64,000 nt of DNA from the human T2T-CHM13v2.0 reference genome, Homo sapiens, in assembly GCF_009914755.1 (NCBI RefSeq), contig NC_060941.1; one strand, given 5' to 3'. Shown here one piece after another: positions 50,824 to 64,000 of the stretch. The notes under the pieces were generated by a model. The model did not search any database. It worked only from the letters and a program-made list of their open reading frames with translations, and was not told the DNA's origin. Each line of letters begins with the position of its first letter. Position 1 is the stretch's first letter. The translations under genes were made by a program, and so were the position numbers.

Positions 50824-51368
50824 AACCATATGCAGAGACCCATATGCTATGATACAAATGCAAGCCGGTACACATAAATGTATTTTCCCACCGTCCAGAG
50901 ATTTTGTTGTTGCAAAAAACAAAATCTTGGAGTGAAATGTAAAAGCTAATGGCTCCTATTCACTGTGAAAAATGGAGAGGAAATGATAATCGAGTTGAAG
51001 AAATAGCAGGTTAGCAATTGGGAGATCAGAGACCCAAAATACCTCCCACTGTGTATCTGTGGGACCGAGGTCAAGTCCTCTCCTCTAAATAGCGTTTCAG
51101 TTTCCCCACCAGAATGCTCTAAAGAACAATCCTGGCTTGTGCTTCAAGGGGAGGAGATAACAAGCATAAAATACTTTGCAATCTTCCTTAAGACAGTGTT
51201 ACCTAAATCCCAGTCATTACTACACTAATACACTAAGATGATAGTACCTGCAGGAAGGCAGGCATCACCTTGAACACAGAGAGCTGTTAATCACCTCAAA
51301 TCCCTCAAGTGTGTCAAGTAAAGGGCAAGGGAAAGATGCAAACTGTAGTACTGGTGTCAGGATGGTTT

Positions 51369-51399
<31 letters not shown>

Positions 51400-51423
51400 T
51401 TGAGACGGAGTCTCGCTCTATCC

Positions 51424-51461
<38 letters not shown>

Positions 51462-51742
51462 AGATGGGGTCTCACTCTATCCCCCAGGCTGGAGTGCAGT
51501 GGCGCAATCTCGGCTTAGTGCAACCTCTGCGTCCTGGGTTCAAGCAATCCTCCCACCTCAGCCTCCCAGGTAGCTGGGATTAGAGACGCATGCCACCACG
51601 CCCGGCTAATGTTTGTATTTTTTGTAGAGACGGAGTTTCATCATGTTGGCAAGACTGGTCTCGAACTCCCCCAAACCTCAAGCGATCCACCTGCCTTGGT
51701 CTCCCCAAGTGCTGGGATTACAGGTGTGATCCACTGCACCCA
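51369..51742 (-). mobile_element. Alu (J/S) with (CA)n tail; 3' end and tail tandemly duplicated
   Basis: Two (TG)n + 'tttgaga...ctctatcccc' units. Confidence 0.88.
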
Positions 51743-52371
51743 AAATCAGCTCAGAGTGATTTCGTATAAGCCTTGAGCCTTCACCGTGAACATTTTGCTT
51801 CCAAGAATAAATGATTCTGAATTCCAAGTAACCTCATTACTGCGAGATGAGATGGTCTTGACCAGTTTACCACTCTTGAGGCTTTAAATCTTGGCATCAC
51901 TGCTGTGATTCCCACCTAAACCGAAGTGCATGTGCAGGACTGTGGTGTCACCGTAACCAGAAAGAAAGACGCTTACTTTAACCAAGGAACCTACTTCCAA
52001 CCTGGGATTATAAAATGCCTACCTAAATCCAAACTGCAACTTTTATCTTAGACCTCTCCTCCAACTAATGCGGTCAGTGCAGATCAAATGTTTAGATTGA
52101 TAAATGCGGCTTACTGGTGTGAGAGACTCACTCATTGACAGAGCCCAGAATCCAAAGGTGATTAGTTGACTAAAGAGGGAAGACGAGCACCAGACAGCCT
52201 TGTTTGTCATTTTGCACACTTAATCGCATAAATCTCATAACACCAACTGCAGCTGCATGGCAGGAAATTAAATACTGACAAAAATAAAACCAAAGCTCCC
52301 AAATCAGTTCAGACACCTGTTTCGCAAGAATCAGTGCGATAAGATCATCTGTGGGTGGCAATTTTTTTTTC

Positions 52372-52447
52372 TGTAACGTCACTTGATAACTATTTTTCTC
52401 CCTGTTCTTTTTTTTTTTAACTTAAAAACACAGATAGAAAAACATGT
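52372..52447 (+). repeat. Short doublet, copy 1 (imperfect hairpin)
   Basis: Shares 'ttgataactatttttctcc' and 'cacag(a/g)tagaaaaacatgt' with 52964-53033. Confidence 0.9.
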
Positions 52448-52963
52448 AGACATCCTTAATAGTTGAATATTGACACACATACTTTAGGATTCATTTTCAT
52501 AAAAGTGGCTGCTTTTTGTATAATGTAGATGAACGTTATATTCCAGATTAAAAGCAGACCCAATTCTAATTGAAAACAAATAGAGTATCCTCTAACTGTG
52601 GTTACTAATTTATACACAATATATTTACTATTTCAGAAAGAAACTGGCTTAGGAATTTCCTTTAACCGTACCCAAAAATGCTAAAAATGACATATATTTC
52701 CTTACACACACTTGTCCAATTTGATTCAAATCAAGGCTTCCCTCTCAAACCATATATTGGTTTTTAAAATTTTTTTAATTTCTATATCACTTGGACTGGA
52801 CCTACATTGTTTAAATGAATAGTTTGTAAGGCAGAGTCTAACCTTTTAAAAATCCTAGTATGTGAGAATATCATTTCGAGATTGTTTTATCTAAATGAAA
52901 AGTATTAACTTAAAAACTATAAAATTTGCTTTGCTTAAAAGAAAAAAAAGGTAGCCACAGTCT

Positions 52964-53033
52964 TGTACCATCATTTGATAACTATTTTTCTCCTCTGTTC
53001 TATTTAGTTAAAACCACAGGTAGAAAAACATGT
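52964..53033 (+). repeat. Short doublet, copy 2
   Basis: Same shared blocks as copy 1. Confidence 0.9.
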
Positions 53034-54326
53034 GCAAATCAGTTAAACATTTGAGAAAATGTTAGTGAAAAAGGAAAGGAGAAAAGACCCTCTTCTGGGA
53101 AAAACCTACTATTTATGGGTAGTGCTAATTTTAAAATGTTTTTTAATTTTAAAATAATTTTTAAATAGAAAACTTTTCATCAGATTTGACTTTAAGCAAA
53201 GGAAAAGAGTTGAGTTTCACTTTCACAGTGCAACTATACAGAAAATTCCAGAGATGTTCAAATGCATCAGGCACCTACAAGAGCAACCTCCAAGCGGGTG
53301 AAACTCAGGAAAGCTCTGTGGAGGAGGGTTTTCGTGGTTTTTGGAGCACCACAACTGTTTTCAAAACATACCAACGTATGGAGAATAAAGCATTCCAAGC
53401 ACAAAATGAGCACCCAACAAGAGCTGCAAAAGAATCTTTTACCTAATTAAAAGCTTAAATTTACAGAACTTCAGAGCATTGCCGTTTCAGCTTGACTTTG
53501 CCAAAATAATCAAGCAGGATGAAGCAAAACAAATACAGGAACAACAAGCCTACCACTCTGGTTTTGATTTGCTGCCCATTACAGTGGAGCGGTTTGGCCT
53601 GCTCGGGCTAGATGCTTTCAAACATCTTCCAAATGCCCTATAATGACACCTAATTTTACATTTAACTCTTGGAGGAAAATGTTGTTTTCCTTGTGATAGT
53701 ATTTGTTCTATTTGAACATTATCAAACTGTTTGTTCTAATCCGTTAGGAAAAACCATAATAAGGCTCATCTAGAGGCTGTTCCTAGTTAGGAAGGTGACT
53801 GAAAAGATTTAGATCTTGAGTCTGTCTTTAAATCTTCTAAATGAAAGATGATTTACAATTGAGCTACGAAAATGTGAACACTCTCAAGTCTGGAAAGTTT
53901 CAGTCTGAATCTAGATATTTTGTAAATCAACGCAAAGACTCTGTCTCACAGGACCAAATTTTACAAATATCAGGCTCTATGCTCAAATCTCGTTAATAAA
54001 TTATAAAGGGTTCACATACTATGTTTTAAGTTCAGCTAGTTTCAGCTGAGGCACTATCAGTATTTCCTTATAATGTACCGAGAAATGAATAATAGGGCTT
54101 GCATTTAGAGATAGAATAGCATAAAGTGCCAGAAAATTGTCACATAATGATCACTTTTCATTCAGAAAAAAATATATTTCTAATAGTTTGATAAATTGGA
54201 ATAGGGAGATAAGGTTTCCCAGGCTGCTCAGGTTTAGTTACAAATTAAGGTCAATTTTTATAAACAGAAGTTTTGAATTATTTAAAATTTTGACCAGTTT
54301 AGGAGTGTCTGATTTGGGGACCTCAT

Positions 54327-54757
<431 letters not shown>

Positions 54758-54829
54758 GTTAAATGCTTTGGCTTCCCTTTTCCGTACTCAGCCAATGCCC
54801 TTGCCCTTGTCCAGAGATCTAATTTCCAG

Positions 54830-55000
54830 GCAAGAAGCAGTACAATGTGGTGGAAAGACCTTGGTTAGAATCCTAGATTTGGATCCAGAATCCAAATCAC
54901 TTTAGGCAAGTTTCTTTTCACTGGAGATAATTTTCCTCATCTGTAAGACAAAGGAATTAGACCATGTATCTTTAAGAATTCATTCCAGTTTGAAATTCTC
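54830..55000 (+). mobile_element. MIR
   Basis: 'tttaggcaagtt...tttcctcatctgtaaga'. Confidence 0.75.
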
Positions 55001-55505
55001 TGAATCCTCCAGAAAGGAGGAATACTGGATGACAAAGCCCACATGATCATATTACCCAGGACTCTCATTAGACCTCTGGGTAAATGTTATTAAACTATCC
55101 AACTAACTCTGAATATTCAAAACAAGAACTAAAGGTTAAGAAACTGGAAGATCTGAAAAAATAAAGGTTAGTGAGCTACATAGATGAAATCTTCCAGAAA
55201 GAAAAAATTATGTGGTAAAAGTTGTGTGCACGGTGTAGGTATGCATAAGTTTTACTACGGATAGTGAAGGCAAAGGAGAAAAAAAGAATACAAATCAGGA
55301 AGAAGACAATGACAAGAACAGATTTGCAAAACGGTGTCAGAACTGACCCTTCTGAAAAGTGAATAAATACAATTCCTCAAAAATGAGGGTGACGGTTACT
55401 CAAACTTCTTGTCCTAGAGGCACTAGGGTAGTGGCTAGAATATCAAAATAGGACTCAGAAGGCAGATTCTATTACAACTTAAACTCTGATATTTATTAAG
55501 AATAT

Positions 55506-55824
<319 letters not shown>

Positions 55825-56075
55825 TTAAGTCACTTTGCCCGTCCAGATCTCATTATAGTCATCTGTTAAGGTGAGACTATCTCCGTTTATTTTATCTGTA
55901 AAAGGAAGGCATAGGACTCAATGATCTTTAAGGTCCCTTAGAGATCTTATATTTTATGACTCAACATGGTGAAATGAAAGCATTTTTCAGTAAAGTTAGC
56001 TGAGAATCTAAGAAGTGCCTTAAAAGTTGACATAATAATAATATCCACTTCATACATATTGAAAAGATTTGATGA

Positions 56076-56410
<335 letters not shown>

Positions 56411-56804
56411 TAAAATGCTATGCCATTGATGGTAGTAGTAGATATTATTTATCAACATTTTAAGAAAATGAAGAGTTAATGTTGATGAAAGTTTCAGCAC
56501 ACCATAGGAGATGGTCAACACATACTTTTTTAATAAGTAAATGGATTCGAAGGAACATGTCCAATTCCACAATGAGAAACTGATAAACAAATTTGCAGAT
56601 ATGAAGGGGGGAAGCTCATATCCACATTGTTGGGGAACATGGGAAAATAGAAAGCCCAGTTCAATAACAGAGCAAGAGAATGTGTGGAAAAATGCTTCTT
56701 CCCCTCAGAGAAAAATTTCTATTTTTGATTCTTTGGTTTCAAAAAAAAAAACAAAAAACATTTAAGTGCCAACCACGTGTAAGACTTTATGTTAATTTCT
56801 TTTT

Positions 56805-57130
56805 CTTTCCTTTTCTTTTTTTTTTTTTTTTTTTTTTTTTTGAGACAGGGTCTGTCTCTGTCACCCAGGCTGGAGTGCAGAGGCACAATCTCGGCTCACT
56901 GAAACCTCCACCTCCCGGGTTCAAGCGATCCTCCCACCTCAGCCACCAGAGTAGCTGAGAATACTACAGGCATGTGCCACCACGTCCAGCTAATTTTTGT
57001 ATATTTTTGGAGAGACAGGGTTTCGCCATGTTGACCACGCCGCTGGTCTTGAACTCCTGGCTTCAAGTGATTCGCCCTCCTGGGGCCTCCCAAAATGCTG
57101 GGATTACAGGTGTGAGCCACTGTACTCAGC
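56805..57130 (-). mobile_element. AluJb-like
   Basis: TSD about tttatg(t/c)t(a/g)atttctt. Confidence 0.9.
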
Positions 57131-57149
57131 ATTTATGCTGATTTCTTGA

Positions 57150-57460
57150 GCATGGGGATTAGGTGTTCCAGGAAAAAGAAGATGATTCTTGTCCTCAAGA
57201 AGCTTACAATTAATTTGAGAGAATCATAAAAACATGCTAACCATGACATAATGTGACAAGTATGGTTAGTAGACACAGTACTAGGTCCTGTAGAACCGTG
57301 AAATAGGGGGAAGAATTTTGCTTGGGAAGAATGGAGGATGGAGAATGGAGAAGATTTCCGGTAGGAGATCTTTTGTAAGCTGCACCTTAAAAAATGAATA
57401 AGATTTCATTAAGCTCAAAAGGCAAGAAAAGCCTCCAGGAAGAAGACTGAAAGAAAGGGT
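57150..57460 (-). mobile_element. L2 fragment
   Basis: 'ttcttgtcctcaagaagcttacaat'. Confidence 0.6.
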
Positions 57461-57568
57461 TCGAGAATAGAAATACAAGTGATTACCAAAATCCCATAGA
57501 TAAAAATTGAGTAGGAAGGTGACCGAGCAATGGTTAACATCTTGATTGTTGGAGAAATCAAACAATGT

Positions 57569-57890
<322 letters not shown>

Positions 57891-59309
57891 TTAAGAGTGA
57901 TCTTCTTGGACAGATTGTTTGTACAATAACTAATTCCAAAAGTGTCAGCATGCAGACATGTGTTTTGTGGGGTATTTTACAAAGGAAATTAAAAAGATAC
58001 AAAACTGATCCTTTCAGAGCTTAAATTTAGACTAATGTAGTATTAGGGACATCATAGAGCTTTTTTAAAAAAAAAAAACAGATTTTCATTCTTAGTTTGT
58101 AGTCAAAATGGGCTTAAAGGCAACATTACCTATAACTGCCCCAAAATTATATGGCTAAATACTTAGATTTAGGGCTTGGACTTTTTAACTCAAATAACTT
58201 TTAAGAACACATATTGACTTATCTTTTCATCTTTTTCCAGGGCATTCTTTTAGCTCCCTTCCAGACAGGGGGAATGTATTTTACCCACGTTCCTGTCCCA
58301 TCTGACCACTTGCTAATCAGTCTGGTTGGAATACCTCTCCAAACCTATCCTCGTCACTAGTTAATCACCCTAACTAGTCACTTTTGAGTGCTGCAATGTA
58401 GGGCATACCATCCTTGCCACATTCCCAGATCCTACTGGCTTAGGTCCAGATTTGGGGACTGGAAATTCAATCAGAACCATGCTTTCCTATGGAATTTGAC
58501 CTTATATTATTTTTAACACATACAGTCCAACAGAAGCAAACAGCCATGAAAAGGAACTTCACATATTAAGCACACAGCAAGCTGTTAGGTAAACATGCCA
58601 GATTATGCCAAGTACATAGCTGCTAAGGACACAATTATCCTGCAGTTCCCTCATTTAGCATTTTTGCTGTTAGAAGATATAAGCCCATCCATCTGAGTAA
58701 TGCTAAAACAGGTGGTCTGTTCTAAGGACCTTTGGAGAAGACGGTTCTGGAAGGGTGGGAAAGAACCCTTGGGTCTTTTTTTCAGTCCCTTTACATTTCC
58801 CGTGTTCCACAAAGGTCAAACTACTTTTATAAAAGGAAATTAAATGTTACAAACCAGCACTAAAATGAAATCACTCTATTTTCTCACCTAACCTCCCCAC
58901 AGTCAGGACGTTTGGAACTCATATCTCCCTATTTCCGCTAAGCTGTGGTTCCCAATTTAAGACTTTAAAAAATATCTCTGGCTGTAATTCGCATGCTGTA
59001 ATTCTTCAGAAGAGGATGTAATTCTGGAATTTCTTATTTAAAAAGTAATGAATTAATAAGAAACTGGATGCTTCAACTTCTAAATCACAATCAATTTTTT
59101 CATTGGTTTCTTATACTGATTACAGCATTCATATATGTACACATGTACCTTCAGTATATGTGTGTGCTTCTATTGTTAAACCCATGCGTATTAAGGAGGC
59201 TACCAGGTTATTTATAGGTGCCAATCCTGAACGTCCTCACTTGCATGACAGGTATATTTTGCTTTGTAACACTTTCCTTTGGTTCCAACTGGAATAAACC
59301 CACTTTGTG

Positions 59310-59662
59310 TTTGCTTGTTTGTTTGTTTGTTTGTTTGTTTTTGCGGTGGGAGGAGTTGTTTCTCTCTCCCTCTCTCTCTTTGAGACAGGTCTTGCAGTGT
59401 TGCCCAGGCTGAAGTACAGGGGTGCAATGATAAGTTACTGCAGCCTCGTTCTCCCAGCCTCAAGTGAGCCTTTCTACCTCAGCCTCCTGAGTAGCTGGGA
59501 CCACAGGCACATGCCACCATGCCCAGCTGATGATTTACTTTTTGTAAAAATGGGGTCTCCCTATGTTGTCCAGGCTGTTCTTGAACTTCTGGGGTCAAAT
59601 GATCCTCCTGCCTCGGCCTCCCAAAGTGCTGAGATTACAGTTGTGAGCTACCATCCCCAGCC
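59310..59662 (-). mobile_element. AluJo with compound (TTTG)n/(TC)n tail
   Basis: TSD aataaacc(ca/cg)ctttg at 59293-59307 and 59663-59677. Confidence 0.9.
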
Positions 59663-59751
59663 AATAAACCCGCTTTGATTAAGGCAAATATAGTTTCAGA
59701 CACAAGCGATGTAAGTGGGAAGGTTTTCGTGACAAAATTCACCTCTAGTGA

Positions 59752-60075
<324 letters not shown>

Positions 60076-60119
60076 ACAATATGTATGGTAATATTTGAGA
60101 GGCAGCATAGCATCATGGT

Positions 60120-60790
60120 TAGGTTTGTAGAAAAATTGTGCAGAGTCCCGAATACCACTTGCCTCAGGTGCACAAAGTTTCTCCTATTATTAACATTTTG
60201 CACCCAGTGTGATACATTGTTACAACTGATGAATCAATATTGACCAATTATTATCAAAATTCATAGTTTGCATTAGGGCTCACTCTTTCTGTTGTACAAT
60301 TCTCTGGGTTTTGACAAATGCGTAGTGTCATGCATTTACCATTACAGTATCACACACAATAGATTAACTGCCCTAAACATCCTCTGTGTTCCATCTGTGA
60401 ACCCCTTCCTCCTTCCAGCGAAACCAATGATCTTTTTACCATCTTACAGTTTTGCCTTCCCAGATGTGATATAGTTAGAATCATACAGCTGGCTGAATCA
60501 TACATTCAGCTGGCTTTTTTCACTTAGCAATACGCATTTAAGATACCTCCAAGTCTTTTGGTGGCTTGATAGCTCTTTTTTTTTCTTTTTTAACAGAGTT
60601 TGTTTTTTACAGTAGTTTTAGTTTCACCGTAAGATTGAGTGGAAGATACGTATATCTCCTGGTTCTTTTTCAGTAATTGCTGAATAATATTCCTCTGTAT
60701 GGATGTACCAGTTTATCCATTCACCCTTTGAAAGTCTTGCTTACTTTCAATTTTTGGCACTTATGAATAATGCTGCTATAAACATTCAGA
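60120..60790 (-). mobile_element. L1MC/MD 3' end
   Basis: 'catagtttgcattagggctcactctttctgttgtacaattctctgggttttgacaaatg'. Confidence 0.8.
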
Positions 60791-60858
60791 GCATTGTTGC
60801 GTGCACATGCAAAATACTTAGAAGAATACTTGTGCTATAGCAGTACTATGAGCCATTA

Positions 60859-61185
<327 letters not shown>

Positions 61186-61399
61186 GATTTAAAAAACAGT
61201 TTCAAAGATTTGCCCAATGGCACTCTGCTAAAAAGTAGTAAAGTTGTAAACAGGAAAATATACCTACTGAACTATATATGTTTACTTAAAAAGACCTACC
61301 AATACATGCATTCTGTTCAGCTCCACTGATGATACAAAAATGAAGATATGTCCTCTATATATACATGCATAATCTCAATATAATATGCTGAATAGAGAG

Positions 61400-61699
<300 letters not shown>

Positions 61700-61719
61700 T
61701 AACTTCAACCTAGAACCTC

Positions 61720-62230
61720 TAGAGAAAATGATGCCTGAATTGGTCCTAAAGAATGAGGAAGAATTATCCAGGCAAAGATGGGAAGGGCCATGCTGGCAGA
61801 GGGAACACAATGAGGAAAAAAGACATCAAAGGTATGAAACAGCATGTTGTGTGTATGTAACAGTCTTTTTTAAAAAAATCCAATATTGCTAGAGCATCAA
61901 ATTCTATAGCAGAAGGAGAGATGCAGAAGATAAGATTGAGCAAGACATGGGGGGTGGGAGGGGAAGACCTCTTACATGCATATTAAAGAGCTTGGACTTT
62001 ATTCAGTTGGTAATGAAAAGCCACCAAGACTTTTGAGCAGGAAGTGTTAGGCAGATTGTTTCCGGGGCAGTGTGGATAACAGAGGTAAGAGAAGGCAAGG
62101 TTAGAGACGGGCAGGATGCCCAGCTGGGAAGCAAACTAGAATGGACGTTTGAATTAGCATTAGTAGTAGGGATGGTGAGGTTTGCCCTTAGGCTATGTCT
62201 ATAGGGCACTGACAAAACCTGGTGAAAAGT
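61720..62230 (-). mobile_element. L2 fragment
   Basis: 'ttaaagagcttggactttattc...agacttttgagcaggaagtg'. Confidence 0.7.
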
Positions 62231-62253
62231 GAAACTGTTAAAAACAGTTTGCA

Positions 62254-62629
62254 TGGTATTCCATGGTGCATATGTGCAGCATGTCCTTCGCAGGGACATA
62301 CGTGAAGCTGGAAGCCACCATTCTCAGCAAACTAACACAGAAACAGAAAACCAAACACCACATGTTCTCACTCATAAGTGAGAGTTGAACAATAAGAGTA
62401 CATGGACACAGGGAGGGGAACAACACACACCAAGTCCTGTCAGGCAGTGGGGGGAAAGGGGAGGGAGAGCATCAAGACAAATACCTAAGGCATGCAAGGC
62501 TTAAAACCTAGATGACGGGTCAACAGGTGCAGCAAACCACCATGGCACATGTATATGTATGTAACAAACCTGCACTTTTTGCACATGTGTCCCAGAACTT
62601 AAAGTAAAATAAAAAAAATATATATATAT
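62254..62629 (+). mobile_element. Short L1PA (older) insertion with a 5' inversion (twin priming)
   Basis: TSD ACAGTTTGCA at 62244-62253 and 62630-62639. The first ~30 nt are antisense L1. Confidence 0.85.
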
Positions 62630-62921
62630 ACAGTTTGCAATGATAATACACAGTAATATATCACCAATTTAATAGTTTTTTTAAAAAAATAACTTTTTCA
62701 ATTGTAGACAATTTACCTGGCTATAATTTTGACATCAAAAACATGTATAATCCTAATACTATATTAATAGATGCAAATATTAAATCAACTGTAAGCTCCT
62801 TGAAGGCAGTACCTTTTCTTATATTTATGTAACACAGTACATGGCCCAGTCTTGAGTATGTAATAGGCATACTATAAAAACTTGTTGAGTAGTGAAGCTT
62901 AATTATTATGTTAATATCTTA

Positions 62922-63735
62922 TAAGAAGACATTTATGCAGCCAAAAAACACATGAAAAAATGCTCATCATCACTGGCCATCAGAGAAATGCAAATCAAAA
63001 CCACAATGAGATACCATCTCACACCAGTTAGAATGGCAATCATTAAAAAGTCAGGAAACAGCAGGTGCTGGAGAGGATGTGGAGAAATAGGAACACTCTT
63101 ACACTGTTGGTGGGACTGTAAACTAGTTCAACCATTGTGGAAGTCGGTGTGGCGATTCCTCAGGGATCTAGAACTAGAAATACCATTTGACCCAGCCATC
63201 CCATTACTGGGTATATACCCAAAGGATTATAAATCATGCTGCTATAAAGACACATGCACACGTATGTTTATTGCGGCACTATTCACAATAGCAAAGACTT
63301 GGAACCAACCCAAATGTCCAACAATGATAGACTGGATTAAGAAAATGTAGCATATATACACCATGGAATACTATGCAGCCATAAAAAAGGATGAGTTCAT
63401 GTCCTTTGTAGGTACGTGGATGAAGCTGGAAACCATCATTCTCAGCAGACTATTGCAAGGACAAAAAACCAAACACCACATGTTCTCACTCATAGGTGGG
63501 AATTGAACAATGAGAACACATGGACACAGGAAGGGGAACATCACACACCGGGGACTGTTGTGGGGTGGGAGGAGGCGGGAGGGATAGCATTAGGAGATAT
63601 GCCTAATGTTAAATGACGAGTTAATGGGTGCAGCACACCAACATGGCACATGTATACATATGTAACAAACCTGCACGTTGTGCACATGTACCCTAAAACT
63701 TAAAGTATAATAATAATAAAATTAAAAAAAATTTA
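62922..63735 (+). mobile_element. 5'-truncated L1PA (about PA3-PA5): ORF2 C-terminus, 3'UTR and A-rich tail
   Basis: ORF 62952-63350 is the ORF2p Cys-rich C-terminus ([13 protein letters not shown]), ending in a premature TAG where the consensus has TGG. G-rich 3'UTR tract. Confidence 0.95.
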
Positions 63736-64000
63736 AACAGTTATATGTTAAATAAATTACAAATAAAAGTGAAATTGGGAACATTTACAAAAAAAAAAAA
63801 AAGTATAATTTTGACTATAATAAAGCTTAATCTTAGTGTATGATATAGCTAACAGATGTTAGTAAATTTATCTAAACAGGAGAAATTCTAAAAGCAAAAC
63901 AATTATTCTCACAGTGGCAAATAATTACTTTCCAAATTACTTCTATGGAATTTTTTTAAAAAACAAAAACTAATAAAGATGTCAAGAAATTTCCAGAAAC

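Noticed and set aside
53186-53450. Two overlapping ORFs (86 and 62 aa) in unique DNA
   Set aside because: No recognisable homology and no convincing flanking splice pair. The lengths are compatible with chance.
62952-63350. 132-aa ORF as a gene
   Set aside because: It is the L1 ORF2p C-terminal fragment of a 5'-truncated element with a premature stop and no promoter.

Overview
Primate genomic DNA, almost certainly human: it contains an AluYb8-lineage element, a human-specific subfamily. It is AT-rich, intronic or intergenic, and dominated by transposons: about 43 Alu or Alu-monomer copies, fragmented old L1M/L1P LINEs, L2 and MIR, DNA transposons (Tigger1, Tigger3, MER47, Charlie1a, MER53, MER20), and two solo LTRs (THE1/MST-like and MER41-like). 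I recognise no protein-coding gene, RNA gene, CpG island or CRISPR array. Almost all listed ORFs are Alu, L1 or low-complexity translations. The structure the repeats do not explain is a set of short-range copy and inversion events: a ~270-bp direct duplication carrying a perfect 5' splice site, an inverted ~120-bp copy bracketed in time by Alu insertions, two ~60-70-bp doublets (one a hairpin), and micro-inversions inside an L1. There is also a tight transversion cluster in one AluY and several exon-like signals in repeat-free islands. I cannot support a new biological system from the sequence alone. Repeat subfamily calls come from remembered consensus sequences, and boundaries of old repeats are approximate.
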